Shown piece after piece: positions 12,121-26,607 of a stretch of 64,000 bases of DNA. The stretch lies in contig QPGO01000068.1 of the NCBI GenBank assembly GCA_008632985.1, forward strand, positions 62,001-126,000, given 5' to 3'. The notes below the pieces were generated by a model. That model saw only the letters and a program-made list of their open reading frames with translations, ran no database searches and had not been told where the DNA came from. Positions within the stretch are counted from its first letter, which is position 1, and every line of letters starts with the position of its first letter. This DNA comes from Psammoneis japonica (taxonomy: Eukaryota). The position numbers and the translations under genes were made by a program.

Positions 12121-15100
12121 ATGGCGCCGATCACGGCAACGTCCATTGGTGTCACGCCTCAGGTTGTCGATGATCCGCGGCTTCTGCAGCTTTTGGAGAG
12201 GCTAAACAGTATTCACGTGGGTTCAGCCGACAGCGACGTTCCTCCGCTAGATATTGATGACTTAGTTTCCGAGCTCGCGAAGTTTCCAAAGTGGCGATTC
12301 GAGGAGCAGGTGAGTGTTCCCGGCTTACTTCTATATCCGTTATTTGTTCGCATACTTACCGCCGACGAATCTCGACCAGGCTGATTTGTACTACTGGATA
12401 AACCCCCTCAATGCGATCGATGCTTCGCTATCGTACCTCATGAAGAAATATCCTGCTCTTCTCCTGATTGGCCCAATGAAGGTGACAAAGAAAGCCGAGG
12501 GTTCGGACATGGATATCGAAAGCTTGGCGTGCCAGGCAGAGTCACCCAGTGATGTGGAGGCTGTTCCTACCTCCGTGGTGACCGCTGTCTGCACGCTACT
12601 GAGATTCCTGTCGTGCCTGCTCAGCAATTCTTTCAGCAAAAGCGTCTTCAATTCAGTAGATGAGCTGACACTTCTGCTAGCGGCATCTCATGACGATGTG
12701 GCAGCCTGCGCGCTCGAAGCTTTGTGCAGTCTGGCCACTCCGCCGTCGCTGCACAAGCAGCAGTCACCGGAAGTCCACCACCACACATCAGCTCTTCATA
12801 GCTCCACCTCCGGCGTCCACAACCGATTGCTTACGATGGCAAGGGGCTGGGGGTCGCGAGGTTCAGGCCTTGGCCTTTATGCTTGTGTTACTGCCGACGA
12901 TTCAGAATATGGCCAAGGTTCCCTGCCCGCTGAAGCTGGTGAATTGACTTTTGAGTTCTTTCCTTCATCATCTCACGCGAAAGACGAAACATCAGGAACT
13001 GATGGTGCGCCTCCAACAAATGGTCTAGTCCGAATACATCTCTCGGCGCAAGACATTGTCGATGAGCGCTTATCTCGCGACGGGAGTAGTGAAACGAGTG
13101 ATACCATAGACGAAGTCACGGTTAGCAAGCAGAAACGTCGTAGAATGGACGGATCTCGTCGGCGCGGGATGAAGACGAAGCCAACTTGTGAATTATTTTT
13201 TCACTGCCTCAAGCAAATAGGGGGGCGTGACCGTATCTCTAGGGACAAGCTCTTTACACTGCTCTTCGATATCCGCCTCGCCAGAGCCTTTCATTCGAAC
13301 GCACACGAATTCGGGCGGTTGAATGTCGGCTCAGAGCACTCACTACCATCCTTCATTCCCACCCTTCACAAGACATTATGTCAGGGTATTTTCATGCTCA
13401 ACCCGAACTCTGTATTGAGCTCATTGATTTGTTGCGGCCAACAGTGTCTTCTGCCTCCGTATCGGCAGCAGCTGCTAGACCAACGAAAAGCGCTGCACGG
13501 ACGAAGGATGGCGACCTGGTTGCGATTGCGGCGCTTGCTCACTCCCCTGAGGTACCATATACACCAGGACCCTTGCAGTTGAAGCGCTCACTGCTTTGGT
13601 TGCAAGAAGAGATGCGTCTACGGGTGGAATGTTGGGATTGGCCCGTCAATCCAGTGTTCTGAGCGAGCTTGGTGTCGCCAAAGGCCAGTACTTGGGACTC
13701 CTTCCTACTTTGATTCGCTATTCTCTGGCATCTCTAAGCTCCTTTTTGACTGAAAATGGCAGCTTAGATGCAGCTGCGAAGAACGAGATTGACACGTCCG
13801 ATGCAATGGATGTCGACGAAGAAAGCCTTCCACTCAAAATCGGTCTTGGTTTTCTCGAAGCTACAAAACCGCCGTCCCTTGCTCGACACGAACAACTGGA
13901 GCGTGCGCTAGAGTTCATCGATGTGGTGCTCACTCTGAGTTCAGCCGTTGTGTCTGCACCTTCTGGTACGGCAGCACTGACGGACTGCGGACTGATACCG
14001 GCTTTGCTCAGCACAGTGGCGATAGAGTCAAGCATACTGGAGGGAACAGACATGGCGGAAGACACGCTTTCGCGCTCAGCATGCCTCTTAAGATGTATAA
14101 CTGCACAAGCAATACAGATACTGGAGGGAGCGATCGTGACGCACAATAATGCTCTATCGGCCTTTCACGATCTTCATGGTGTCGATATCCTGATATCTCG
14201 ATTGCATAGAGAAATCGAGGAAGTTCGAAGCGATGGGGAGTGCCCGGAAGACATGGATACTTCTGACGGTGGCGAAGATAGAAAAGTGCGGAGCGCCGGA
14301 AGTCCAGGACGTCGGTCGCTCACTTCAGCAAGACGCGTGTTACTTTTCAGCATTGTGAACTGTCTAACGGTGGTTTTTCACCAAGAGTCTTCATCATCAT
14401 CACCATCTGCGCCTGCCGCAGGCACACAGCTTCGAAAGCCAGAGCTCACGCGTGCTCTTATCGACATTTTGGGGAATGTCAGTTCTTACGGCGGTATGCT
14501 TGCTGCGCTGGTTTCCTCGCTTCTCTCGGATGTCATGAACAGCGATCCTCTTGTTGTTCGTCATGTTCATGAGTCGGGTCTTGCAAATTCATTTTTGAAA
14601 ATGATAATGGTGAAAGAAAATAACTCAACGCTTCCTCCGATCCCAGAACTCATTATGGCCCTTCCAAATGTCATCTCCGCCCTCTCCCTCACCGAAGACG
14701 GCGCCAACGCCGTTCGTGAAGCAGATCCCTTCCCCTCTTTGCTTTCGGTGTTTTATCAACCCGAGTATGCTATGCCACAAAGTCGCTGTCTACTCAGCGA
14801 GCTCACTGCCATTGTGGGGACCGGTATAGATGAGATAATGCGACATGTGCCAAGCCTCAGGCCGCTGGTTTTGTCGGCGATAGTGAAGGCAATGCGAGAA
14901 GTTTTTGAGTTCGGTTCGAATCTGATAGCCGAAGAAGAGGCAGTGGACATATCAGACAAAAACACGACCAACGCGTTGAGCTTAGAGACGAAAAGAACGT
15001 GCTTGATGCAGTATGCCCTGAATTTCGGCCAAATGTTGGAGCAGATACTGCACAACGAAGATCATTGTAAGCCATTCGTCGAAGCAGGTGGTTTGGACGA

Positions 15101-18100
15101 ACTTCTAAAGTGGCACCCGCTTCTGATGCCTTCGAGTTTTCAGTTCCTGGCTAATGCGAGTTGCCTAAGCTGTCCATCTATTTGTACTCTTGCGCACTCT
15201 TCCACTGAAGATTCAATTACTATCGCAGTCAAGAGCATATCTGCTCATTATGATTCAAAAAAGATGTTGAAGAAGATCATCAATGCGCTATCAGCTCATA
15301 TGAGTGACTTGGAAGAAAGCGAAAACGAACTAAGAGAAGGACTTTCAGTCAATGGCGTCGCGGAAAACGCGAATGCATCGAACCTTGGTGCATATGGAGT
15401 TTTGAATGGAGTCCCAGAAGAGCCTATCCATGCTCTGTCAGACTCCGACGAAACATCGAGAACGACTAAGTTGGTGTCGAAGTACTTGCGCCATGTCGTG
15501 ACCCTTCAATGGCTTACGAACCTCCTAGCAAGTGTCATAAAATCAGCGTGGCAACGAAGTCAAGAAAGTGGCACTGGGTGGGGACGAGGGGAACTCGAAT
15601 GGAGAAATACGCTTTCTTCTTCCTCTTTCGCAGATCTAATCGAGCGTGTTTCTCTGTTTCATTATTCCGCATTGCTCGAAACTTGTCGCATCCGCACTGC
15701 AAAGAATTTTGAATTGCGTGAGAAAGACCGCCTGAGGCCGGGTCCCAGGCGGCTTCGCTTTAGATTGCGGATTGTGTGTCAAGAAGGTGCAGTTGTAAGA
15801 GATGGAATAGAAATAGATTCTTCGCCAAGCGTCGGGTTAGGGTTAGAGATGGGTGAAATCGTCGACGCCTTCGATCGTTGCGTGAATACGAACGGCGTAC
15901 TACGTTATAGAACGAAAAGGGGCTGGATTTCGGAACTGACTCGAGGGCATGGACGCGAGCCGATCGCAGAGGTGATACGCGTCTGGCGATGCGACGAAGA
16001 AGGGAGTACAAATGATGTGGAGGACGTTGCTGCAAACAATAAGAGAACGGAGTGCGGTATCCTAGGGATCGCTAGCGCTGGTGCCTCAGTTCTGGCAAGG
16101 ATGCAGACGAGTCACAGTGACTTGTTCTCTTCATTAAGCCGCGTCGCGATTCAAGGAGTCCGCTCACTTCAGCCTAGGTCCATATCCTTCCGAAAAGAAA
16201 CACCCGGAGCACACGCTGCTGCGCTTGTGCAGTTGGTGTCGTCAAACATAGAAAAGGCCTTCAGCATTCATCCCGTCAGGGATCACATCTCTCGATCTTT
16301 GAGCAACGGAAAATCCGAGGAATCATTTCCTGATTCGATCAGTGCTTCCGGCGCTTCCATGTACCTTGGGTGCATGCTAAGTCTTCTCCACGCTTGCCTC
16401 TTCTCTGAAAAGAGAGAAAAGCGTTTGGATAATGTCCCGCTGCTGATGTTCATGATGAAGTCTGACCAAGAAGACTCGCAAACGGAATCATCCGTGTCCT
16501 TTATTTCAGCGGTGCGGTTTGTCCTTGGGCAATGCCTTGTTGACTTGTCCAACGCGGAATCTAGCCCCGCAAAGGATAGAGTAACAGTCGTGTCGCAGGG
16601 GAACGAGGAGGGGATTATGAACTCACGTCACCATACAGTCGTTCGGTCGGTCGCGTCTAGTCTCCCGCCGACGCTTGCTCTTTTGAATCGGCTAATGTCG
16701 CCGTCACTCTTATCGAACTCACCTACTACACCAATACTCAGTCGGCTGAAAGGAAAGGATCTGGAAGAACTTGTGGGCCAGGCATGTTATTTGTCGGTGA
16801 TCGAGCTGGACACAACGAAAGATACAGAAGATGATTGTGGCTTTCGGCCAGAGCCCTTTCTGAAGGCGTTGCATTGCACCGTAGCAGAAATGACGCTGAA
16901 GATCTGGATAGATCCTCGACTGACCTGCTTCCCACCGCACATAATCCATCCCTTTGCAGTTTTGGTTGGCTCCATTATCGCAGCTCTTGAACAAGCTTCA
17001 AAGAAGCCCACAGTAACCGATGGAAGCGGAGAGGCTTCGCGAAGTTGGGATCTATTTTCCAGAAGAGTGCCCGCGCAAGTCCGTCGACAGCTTCATTCCA
17101 ACCACGCTCGTGAGACCCAGTTTGAGCCTAGTGAAGAAGCAGTTTCGCGCTTGATGGAAATGGGGTTTGGTCGCGAACACGCTCTCGAAGCTTTTGAGAA
17201 TACAGGCACGAACCGGTTCGAAATCGCAATGGAGTATGCGTTGTCTCACAGACCCCCTAGTCCAGCGACAATAGAGCGCCGAAGAGCGGCAAGAGCAGAG
17301 CGTGATCGTCAACGCAGAGAAAGAGAAGAACAACAAGGAGTTGTAGAATCCGCCTCAGATTCTCAAGATAACTCGGGTTCAGGTGCTGTCGATGGGGATA
17401 CATCTGACAACGAACAACCGGAAGCCAGCCGGTCAACCGCTGACGATATGGATGTCGACGAAGAATCCCCAGATGCTGAACAGTCATCTTCGAAAAGCAA
17501 AGAGGGCAGCAAGGAGGAAGCGAAAGACTTAACAAGAGAGAGAGCAAAGGATTGTCTTCGTTCATGGATAGAGCACAGTTCAGAAGTATCGCTTAACATC
17601 CTTTCAGGCTCATTTGAGAAGGACGGACAAGTTGAGACAACTCCTTACGTTGATGACGGAACTGGTTCAGGTGACGGAGAAGTCGAAGCAGTTACCGTGG
17701 TGCTGTCGTCTTTCTTATTGGACTTATGCCAAGGCTACCCAGAAGAGCGCCCTAAAGTCGTGTTGCAGCTATTGCAGCGCTTGAAATCTCAATTGACTGA
17801 GACTTGCAATGGCGGCACGTCGAAATGCAATGTTATTGATGGCCACGAACGCGCCTTCGCGTCGTTTTGCCATGCTGCTGTTCTCTTTATGCGCGCCCTT
17901 CCAAAGTCACGAGTTACGCTACTCCAGCAGGGGCTCGTTCAGCCTCTCGTCTTAAGCTTACAAACTTTTATTTCGGAAGTTGAAAGGAACAATGAAGGTA
18001 TTGGAGAAACGTCTTCTGGTATATCTGCGTCGAGAATCAGTTGGCCCATGTGGTTAGCACCTGTCCTTTTGCTACTTGATGTAATGGCGCAACCTATAGC

Positions 18101-21100
18101 GGCTTTCGCCGACAGCGACAGCGACACTGTCATGGATGAAGGCGATGGTGGCGAGCTTGCCCAAGTTCGACAAGAGCATAAGAATCATGCAGCTCTCTTG
18201 TCTTCGATGGCCAATGACATATTTTCTGCAATAAAAAAGACTCCACCCTGCACATCTGAAAACCATGAGGTGGAGAAAACGTCTGTCGACGGAAAGGAGG
18301 AAAATGAAGCCACCCACAAGCACAGAAATGCCGAGGGCTCTGCTCCATCCTCACCGTTCGCTTCGGTTCCGCCATATTTCCCGCTCCTTCCTGCCGAGCA
18401 GACCGAAGGATGCATGGAGTTGTGTCTTAGGCTCCTCGGGAAAGGTCGCAGCAAGCCGTATGTAACAAACGACATTCCGCCTCCACCTGGAATCACCCAT
18501 GCTTCTCTTCTCCTCCTTTCTCATCTCCTGAGGTCGCCGAAGTTGGCTGCACAAGGCCTGTGCATGGGCGCCGCGGAGACCGTTTTGAATCTTCCTCGTG
18601 GCTGTCGTTTCACTGGTAGCACTGGTCTCGTGACTGTCGTCCTTCGGCGCCTTCTCGAAGACGAGCCAACCTTGCAAGCTACAATGGAAACTGAAATTCG
18701 GGCAACGATTACCAAATTACATGGGAAGAAGCAGTCAACATCACGAACAGGAGAAAAGCCGAATATTTCTTGCTACTCATTTGTCAAGGCCGTTACTCCG
18801 ATGATCTGTCGCGATCCTGTCACATTTTTGAAGGCTGCAGCTTCCTCCGTTTCGTTCGAGGCAAAAGCGGACAGTTCATCCGATAGACAGCCACGGATTG
18901 AACTCCTGACTCCCGAGGAACGAACGAAGAACGTCAAGGCCCTATCTGAATTATTCGGCCATCGCGCTAGTTCCCACGCTCCAAGCGGCGGAAAGAACTC
19001 GCTTCAGACGGGTACGGCGAGCAGTACTAATCACCGGAGAGGGAAATCATCGAATTCTGCCAGAATGGCATCTTCAAAGAACAAATCTTCTCGCGGCGTG
19101 ACAACCAGGAAAGGAAGAAGAGAAAAGAGCGACGATCCCATGTCTAGTAAGAAACGCGTCGTCCTAAACGGGACGCCCACCAACCATGTCACTTCCTTGC
19201 TAGTCTCTCGATTAATGGCACTGTACCAAGAATCAGATGATCCAGCAACATCTGAGGACTGCTCTAATCTTTTCGGTGAAGGCACTTCTTTTGTCTGGAT
19301 CGCGGACATCCTTGAGATATTAGCGGATCTTGTGTTGGCACTTCCTACCTGTGCTGCCGCTATTCATCGTTATAGGCCCCACGGCAAAGATAGATGGCCA
19401 AGGAATCACCCGATGTCAAATCTACAGCATGCGCTGTCGGGTTGCCCCAACGCACCAAAAACTGTTGTGAGCTTCCTCCTGCATCGACTTCTACCCCAAG
19501 ATAGATGGAGCCCGCAAAAAGTCTACCGACGAAATGCTAACGTGGAAAATTCGGACGTTGAGTTAAGCAAGAGGAAGACTATTTACTTGAAAAGTAAGGT
19601 GTCACAAACTTCAGCCCGGCTTTTTGTCACTTTGGTAGCTCGTGCCGGTGAGGGACGGCGTCGCGTGATCGCGGACCTAACCTTTGCATTGAGCGGCGGC
19701 AGAATCGGTTGCTCTTCACCACCCCCGGCCCCATCGTCTACGTCTGTGAAGGTTGAAAGCGTGGAACATGAACTCCTTGCGCTTCACGCATGGGGAGAGC
19801 TCTGTATTGGACTAGCCGCGCCTCGTAGCAATGGTGTCATGAATGAAAACAACTCGTCTCTCAGCTATGAAATGGTGAAGTTGATGCTTGAGTCCGGAAT
19901 GGTTCATGCACTTCTCTATGGCATCCACCGCGTCGAATTGCAACACCCCATGGCTGCAACTGTGTGTGCTTCATTACTCGTCCCTTTGGAGGTGTTCTCT
20001 CGCGGAAGTTTGACTGACGCCATACAAAGCTTGGCCGATAAAGAAGCCAAAGAAAGGAAAGAAACGCCGAAGCACGATGAGGGTGAAACAAACTCGAAAG
20101 GTGTAAAGAAAAAGAAACCCGCTGAGCCGGAGCTTGATCGAGCCACTTCTCAACAAAGCGAATCTGCGTTTGCTGACGACGCGATGCTTGAGGATGGGTT
20201 TGATGCAGATACAGCCGCACGAACATCGGCAAATGCCGCGCCTGAAAACGTGGAACAAATGGAGGACGTTGCGTATGAAGATGAAGACATCGAAGATACC
20301 ATGGAAGAATACGAAGATGAGAGTGAGGAGAACGATGTTCAAGGCGACGCGGAGTCAGAGGACGAAGTCGGAAGTTCAAGCGACGAAAATAGCATTGAGG
20401 AGAGTTCAAGCGGCGAGGAATCAAATGATGAAATGGACGAACAGGAATCCACCAATTCGACCGATGATGATGGCGACGCTGAATCAGACGACAATACTTC
20501 TAGCGACGAAGTTGATGATGGCGAGGACGACGCGGTATTCGACGATGAATACAACGGCGACTTCCTCGACAACAGCGACGGCGCTCTCGATGACCGGCCG
20601 TTTGAAGCAGACCTAGACGGCGATTGGACAAGAGTTGATTCAAGCGGACTCGGCGGACTTTTGATTGGTGGTCGTCATGAACCTAGGGGCGCCTTGCCTT
20701 CACGTGCTAGGGGGTGGATGGATGCCGCACAAGCCATGATTGGTACGTTGCTCCGCACAGGCGACTTGGAAGGGAATGCCATTGCTGAAATCGAAGATAG
20801 TCTCGGAATACGATTGACGAGAAATCAGGGTTCAGAGGTTGGAGAGGACCGCGGTGGCAGCATGAGCAATTGGGATCATCCGACAGGTCCAAGAAACGAT
20901 GCTGCAACCGAGAGAAACAGAGACGGGCTCATGATTGGGACTGTTCCAAATGTGAATCAGAGGAACCCCCCAGACGTCGGTTACTCGACTTTGGGCGATG
21001 CGTCACGAGAGATAAGTTCTATGGAGTACGTTTTCGCAGGGCCCTCAATATCAGGTGGTAGTCGTAATTACGACGTGGTTTCTCCTCGTACCGTGGACCA

Positions 21101-24100
21101 GGTAGAAGATTTTCCGAGTCCATCATCGGGAGAGTCGCAGCTGTTTCCGGGTGGTCCTGCAGCAGCCACACACTCGAGGACTCGTCAATCCCCTCACCCA
21201 CTGCTTCGCGGAGTTAATCTACCACCAGTGAACTCTTTGGTCTCCGACCTCCTCCCGCACGGAGTACAAGCAACACGCCGAGACCATTCATATGCACGAA
21301 GCACTGGAGACTGGAGCGCTCCATCGACGACTGGATCATATCTTGTAACCACCTCAGGTAGCGGAAACATGAGCGTACGAGTCGTCAACCGGTTGCAAAG
21401 CAGCCGGATACCTGACTTTTCTTCGAGACCGAATCTTAACGGGCCTAGTGGATGGGCCGATGGATTTTTGATGACGGGGCTGTAGGCGAGTTCAGTGAGG
21501 CGTTTGAACGCGCCCTCGGGGAGGCAATGGCCAGCCCTGAGGAATCTCATTCGTCGTCTAATGCCGACAGTGCTACTGCTGACGGAGAACAAGGAGCAAG
21601 CACTTCGAGACAAGACGACCCATCTGCAAATCAAGGCGCAGAAACTTCAACCTCCGAACAAGTGGATTCAACCGCTTCAGGCGACAACGCGGCAGTTCAG
21701 GAAGGCAACCCTGCAGGTAGTAACCATCCCAATAGCGCGACAACTGCGAATTCCGATCCCGCAGATGTGTCGCAACAGAGCACCGCAAATACGAATGTCG
21801 ATGCTGCGGAAACGTCGGAACATAACGCCGAAGGAAGCAGCGCAACTAGCGAAGGTGACGGAGTAGCGTCGTCGCTTGCAGCAGGGCTCAGACTCTCGCC
21901 TAGGAGTGAAAGCGGTTCGGATCAAATGTCAACGGGTAATGCCGCGACGGATCAGAATGCTGGTCCTGAGAGTGGTACTTCATCTGGAGTAGAAAGTCGC
22001 CCGCCGGTGAACAACGACGTGTCTTCTACTAGTGGCATTCCTGGTGGCGAGACAGCAGGTAGTCAGGCGGCATCAATCGCAGAATCCAATCCTCGAGAAA
22101 ATGACAGTGGGGAAGAGGAATCGTCGCCTTCAAATGATGCTCCACAGGCGTCGTCCGAGAGACAGAATGAACCTAATGAGAACGGACTTGTTTGTCCGCC
22201 TGGCATCGATTTGGATGTATTCAATACTCTTCCTCTTGAGTTGCAGCAGGAGCAGGTTGAGCAGCATCGAGTAGCTACGGAGTTGGCTTCACAGCTAGAC
22301 TCTTCTTCGGGTTTGGATCCTGAGGTTCTGGCAGCGATCCCTGAGGAAATGCGACGTGAAGTTATTGAGCAGGAACAGCAAGAAAGACGGCTAAGGGAGC
22401 AGCCCCCCGCTGACCCATCAAATGCTGAGGAGATGGACAATGCAAGTTTTGTTGCATCTCTCTCACCAGAGCTCCGCGAAGAGATCCTTCTTACTGCAGA
22501 TGAAACCTTCCTCAGCAGTTTGCCTCCTAACATCGTCGCCGAAGCGAATGTTTTGCGCGAGCGAGCTTCAGCTCGTAGCAGAAGGTTTCACGAAGAGGAC
22601 ATGTTCGCGAGATCGTCACGAGGCGCAGCTTCTAGAGGGGGGTCTAGGCAAGACGGTCAAGCAGGCACTGCGGCAGGCGCCACATCGGGAGACCAAGGAC
22701 GAAATGGTGGTAGCTCAAGGAAGCGGCAACGATCGGGTAAGCTATGCGTAGAGAAGGATAGATCTCAAATTGTTTACGTCGCCGCAACTGGGACTCGTCG
22801 GATTGGCTCTCCGTTTGGAGTTGCTGACTTGAAGGCACTTATCAAGCTCATGTATCTCCTCAGCCCCGTGCGTCCACAGCGGCTACTTCAAAAGGTTATA
22901 AGAAACCTCTGCGCAAACGAAGGGATCCGATGTGCCCTGTCAGGTTCGATGGTGCGATTACTGAACGACGACAGCTCCGGCGCTTCTGTTACCATTGATA
23001 GGGTTGAAAAGGACTATCTCGAAGGTGACGAATGGCGGAGGAAAATGGACCACGAGTTCCTTACGACAATTAGTGATTTTCCGCCAACGACACTCATTGG
23101 TGCCGCCCCTGAGGTCCACGACACAGACAGCGTGAGCTCAAACTTTCACAATATGCTGCGACGCCGGCAAGGGAGCAGCACCGCAGCCTCGATTGCGTCG
23201 AACCTTCCAGCAAGCGCTCGAGGATCTTCTCGTGATCGAGGTTTGCCCACGGTGGTAGCAACTAGAATTATCGAAACTCTGTCGCACTTGTCTAAGAACT
23301 CCCTTCGATTCAATGTTGCTCTTCTGACGAACGAGGTTGTGCCGAAGCTGCAGATTGTAGACCAAGAGTCAGGGACAACCGGTTTTGACAAGCTGCTTGA
23401 CTTGCTGGAGAAACCGCTGTACTACAAAAGCTCATCGAATTTGGAACAACTTTTGAGCTTACTCGAGTCCGCGGTATCACCTTTGTCCCACGTTCCAAAA
23501 GACGGCGAAGACAGTCAGGATGTCAGTCAGCGTGAACAGCAGGTCGCAGCGTCATCGGGTAAAGAATGGGTAGAAGTTCCTCGAGTAGCTGTTTCTCAAT
23601 CGAGGTTGCAATTACTGTGTTCGATTCTTCGAATGGAGAGTTGCAGAGACACTTCATTTGTGAAAGTCAACACGATCGCGAGGCGGCTCTGTAGAGTCGA
23701 AGCGAATAGGGGATGTATTTTGGCAGAACTAGCGTCTGTTGCTCAGGCGCTTGGAACTGATGCTGTCATGGATCTCAAGGCTTTGCATATCAGAATGGAT
23801 GAAGCGGTGAAGCTTCATCAGAAGCAATTGTCAGCTGCAGCTAATGGGGAAGGAGAGAACAGCATTGCCAAATCATCCCTGGAGATGTTGTTCAAAAGGG
23901 CGGCGCTTCAAGCTCGGTGGCACTCTCCACAAGCAGCAGCGAGTTGAAACTCCTCAGAGTTCTTCAAACTCTACAAGGACTTTGCATCGACGTTTCTCAG
24001 GATGACCAGGGAGGCAGAAAGAATGGCGGTATTATCGTTACGGAGGAACTGGTTGAGCTTTTGCAAGGGATAAATCTGGACGATTTGTGGAGGCAGCTCA

Positions 24101-25826
24101 CGTCATGTTTGGAAGTTGTCCAGGTTCTTGAAGGAGTCGCAAGTTTGGACGACACTGAGAAACTCAATGCCGACGAGGAAAGGCCAGTGGATATGGACGA
24201 GGATGAAAGCAACGGAGAAAGCCGATCAAGAGGCAAGAAGCTTCAAAATAGCGTTGCTGGGCTGCTTACTCGATTTCTGCCAACGATCGAGGCGTTCTTT
24301 GTGACTAATGCAAGTATGACGCGTTCCACGACCCCAGACATGCAGAATGGTGCTGAGGTCTCATCGCCAAGCAAGACTGACGAAAGCCACAGTGAGTCAC
24401 CCTCACTGATACACGGTGATGCATCGAAAAGTGATAGCCCTACGGATTTGGACGCCTTGGTTGGCGGACGCCGCGTGATCGAGTTTGTTGTTGCTAATAG
24501 AGTTCTTTTGAACGCTCTGATTCGGAATAACCCCGGTCTTTTGGAGAAAGGGCTTCGTGCGATGGTCCAAGTATCACGTTGTAGAGCGTTTCTTGATTTT
24601 GATGTCAAGCGTCAGTGGTTCAAGACTCAGGTACGGCGACTTCGTCAGCACGCCAGTCGGCGACACGGAAGTCTGAGATTGTCAATCAGAAGGAAGTATG
24701 TGTTTCAGGATGCTTACGACCAGCTTCGAATTCGTAATGCCGATGAGATGCGTGGAAGGCTTCATATTACGTTCAGGAATGAGGAAGGAGTTGATGCCGG
24801 TGGGTTGTCCCGGGAATTTTTTGGCATTCTCGCCAAAGAAATGTTCAATCCGAATTATGCGCTGTTTACATCGACTGAGGATGGCTGCACCTTTCAGCCG
24901 AACCCGAACAGCAGTATCAACCCGGATCATCATAGCTACTTTCGCTTCGTAGGCCGAATCGTTGGAAAGGCCGTTTCAGACGGTTACTTGTTAGATGCTC
25001 ACTTTACGCGAAGTCTGTACAAGCATATGTTGGGTCTCAAGGTAAGAAAACAACTGCCGTACTTTCTCATCTGCAGTCACCAATAGTATCTCACCTTGCT
25101 GCTGTCTCTTCTTGAAATCAGCCGACCCACGACGATATGGAAGCTATCGACCCGGACTACTACAAGAATCTGAAAACTATCCTTGAGTACAATTTGGCTG
25201 ACCTCGGACTTGATTTGACGTTCTCGATCGAGGACCACTCGTTCGGAAAGAGCCAGATTATCGATCTCATTCCAGACGGAAGGCGCATTGCAGTAACAGA
25301 AGAAACAAAAGCAAAATACGTGAGGCTGGTGTGTCATCATCGAATGACCACGGCTATCCAGAGTCAGATCAAGGCATATCTGGATGGATTCTACGAGCTG
25401 GTTAGCAGGGACCTTATCGCGATTTTCACGCCGAGAGAGCTTGAGCTCCTTGTATCGGGGCTTCCCGACATTGACGTCCACGATCTAAAGAAAAACACGG
25501 AATATCAGGGATACAAGGCTGCAGACAAGGAGATTGGCTGGTTTTGGAACATTATGTTTTCTCTGTCGAGGAACGAGAAGGCATCCTTTTTGCAGTTTGT
25601 GACTGGCAGTTCCAAAGTTCCCCTTTCGGGGTTCTCGGAGCTACAAGGGATGCGCGGTATTCAGAAATTTACGATTCACAAGGCTGGTGGATCGAGCGGT
25701 GCACTCATGTCGGCACATACCTGCTTCAACTCTTTAGATCTGCCAGTGTACAAGAGCGAAAGCGAAATGCGGGAGAAACTTCTCTACGCCATTAGCGAAG
25801 GCGGAGGAGCTTTCCTGTTTGCTTAG
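12121..25826 (+). CDS. Giant HECT E3 ubiquitin ligase, HUWE1/UPL1/Tom1 type
   Basis: N-terminal helical DUF908/DUF913-like region (ADLYYWINPLNAID), UBA (VSRLMEMGFGREHALEA), acidic tract, UBM-like repeats (PPGIDLDVFNTLPLELQQE, DNASFVASLSPELREEIL) and a C-terminal HECT domain (EEGVDAGGLSREFF ... SAHTCFNSLDLP). Introns at 12310-12379 and 25042-25121. Apparent frameshifts near 13305, 13570, 21470 and 23885. Confidence 0.93.
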
Positions 25827-26607
25827 AAAGTGCCTCTGTATCGAGATGCTTGTAATTTAGAAACTAAGCAATTACAATTAGAACAACTTGGTTTAGATTT
25901 TTCGTCCTTGCCCTCAATTATCGTTCCCCCGCCTTCGAACATGGACGGGTTGCGCAAGTTGATGGGGATCCACCAGTACCGTGCACTTGAGTATTTATGA
26001 TGAGTTGAAATTTTGTACGCACAGTTACCCCACATGCGATACATCGATGGAAAGCTGAGAGTCTGCTCATTCCGTGGGGGGGGAATGGGGGGGTAAGCTC
26101 TGACGGTTTTTTCGGAAGATGAGGTGTGAGTTTTGGGTGTGATCATTGAAATATATCTAATTATTAAAATAATTAATGTTGAGCCTCATTTCTTTGATTG
26201 GCGAGCAACATGCTAAACACGACCTGATTTGGACCGTTGGTATTTTAATGCATTCTACAGACATGTGGGCGTGCATTAAAATAGGTCCGGGGGTCAAAAA
26301 CTCCAATGCGCGACCCTCAAGTGTTCCACAGTTTCAAAGTCATCGAAAATATCCAAAAACACGGTACTACCGTAGTGCCGGTAGGGCCCTCTCTAGAGAG
26401 AAAGATTGTTTGACATTGATTTTGATTTTTGAAAAAAGATCCACACCGTATTCACGGACAGACTGTTTCTTGGAGGACCCTCATTTTTTTTTCACGGCCA
26501 CGTTTTTTTCGGAAGGTCATCTTCATCGGCGGCGCTGTCGACGACGACGTGCACGTGTTGTTGTCATTTCTCATCCACGGTTGCATCAACGTATATGATA
26601 AACTGAG

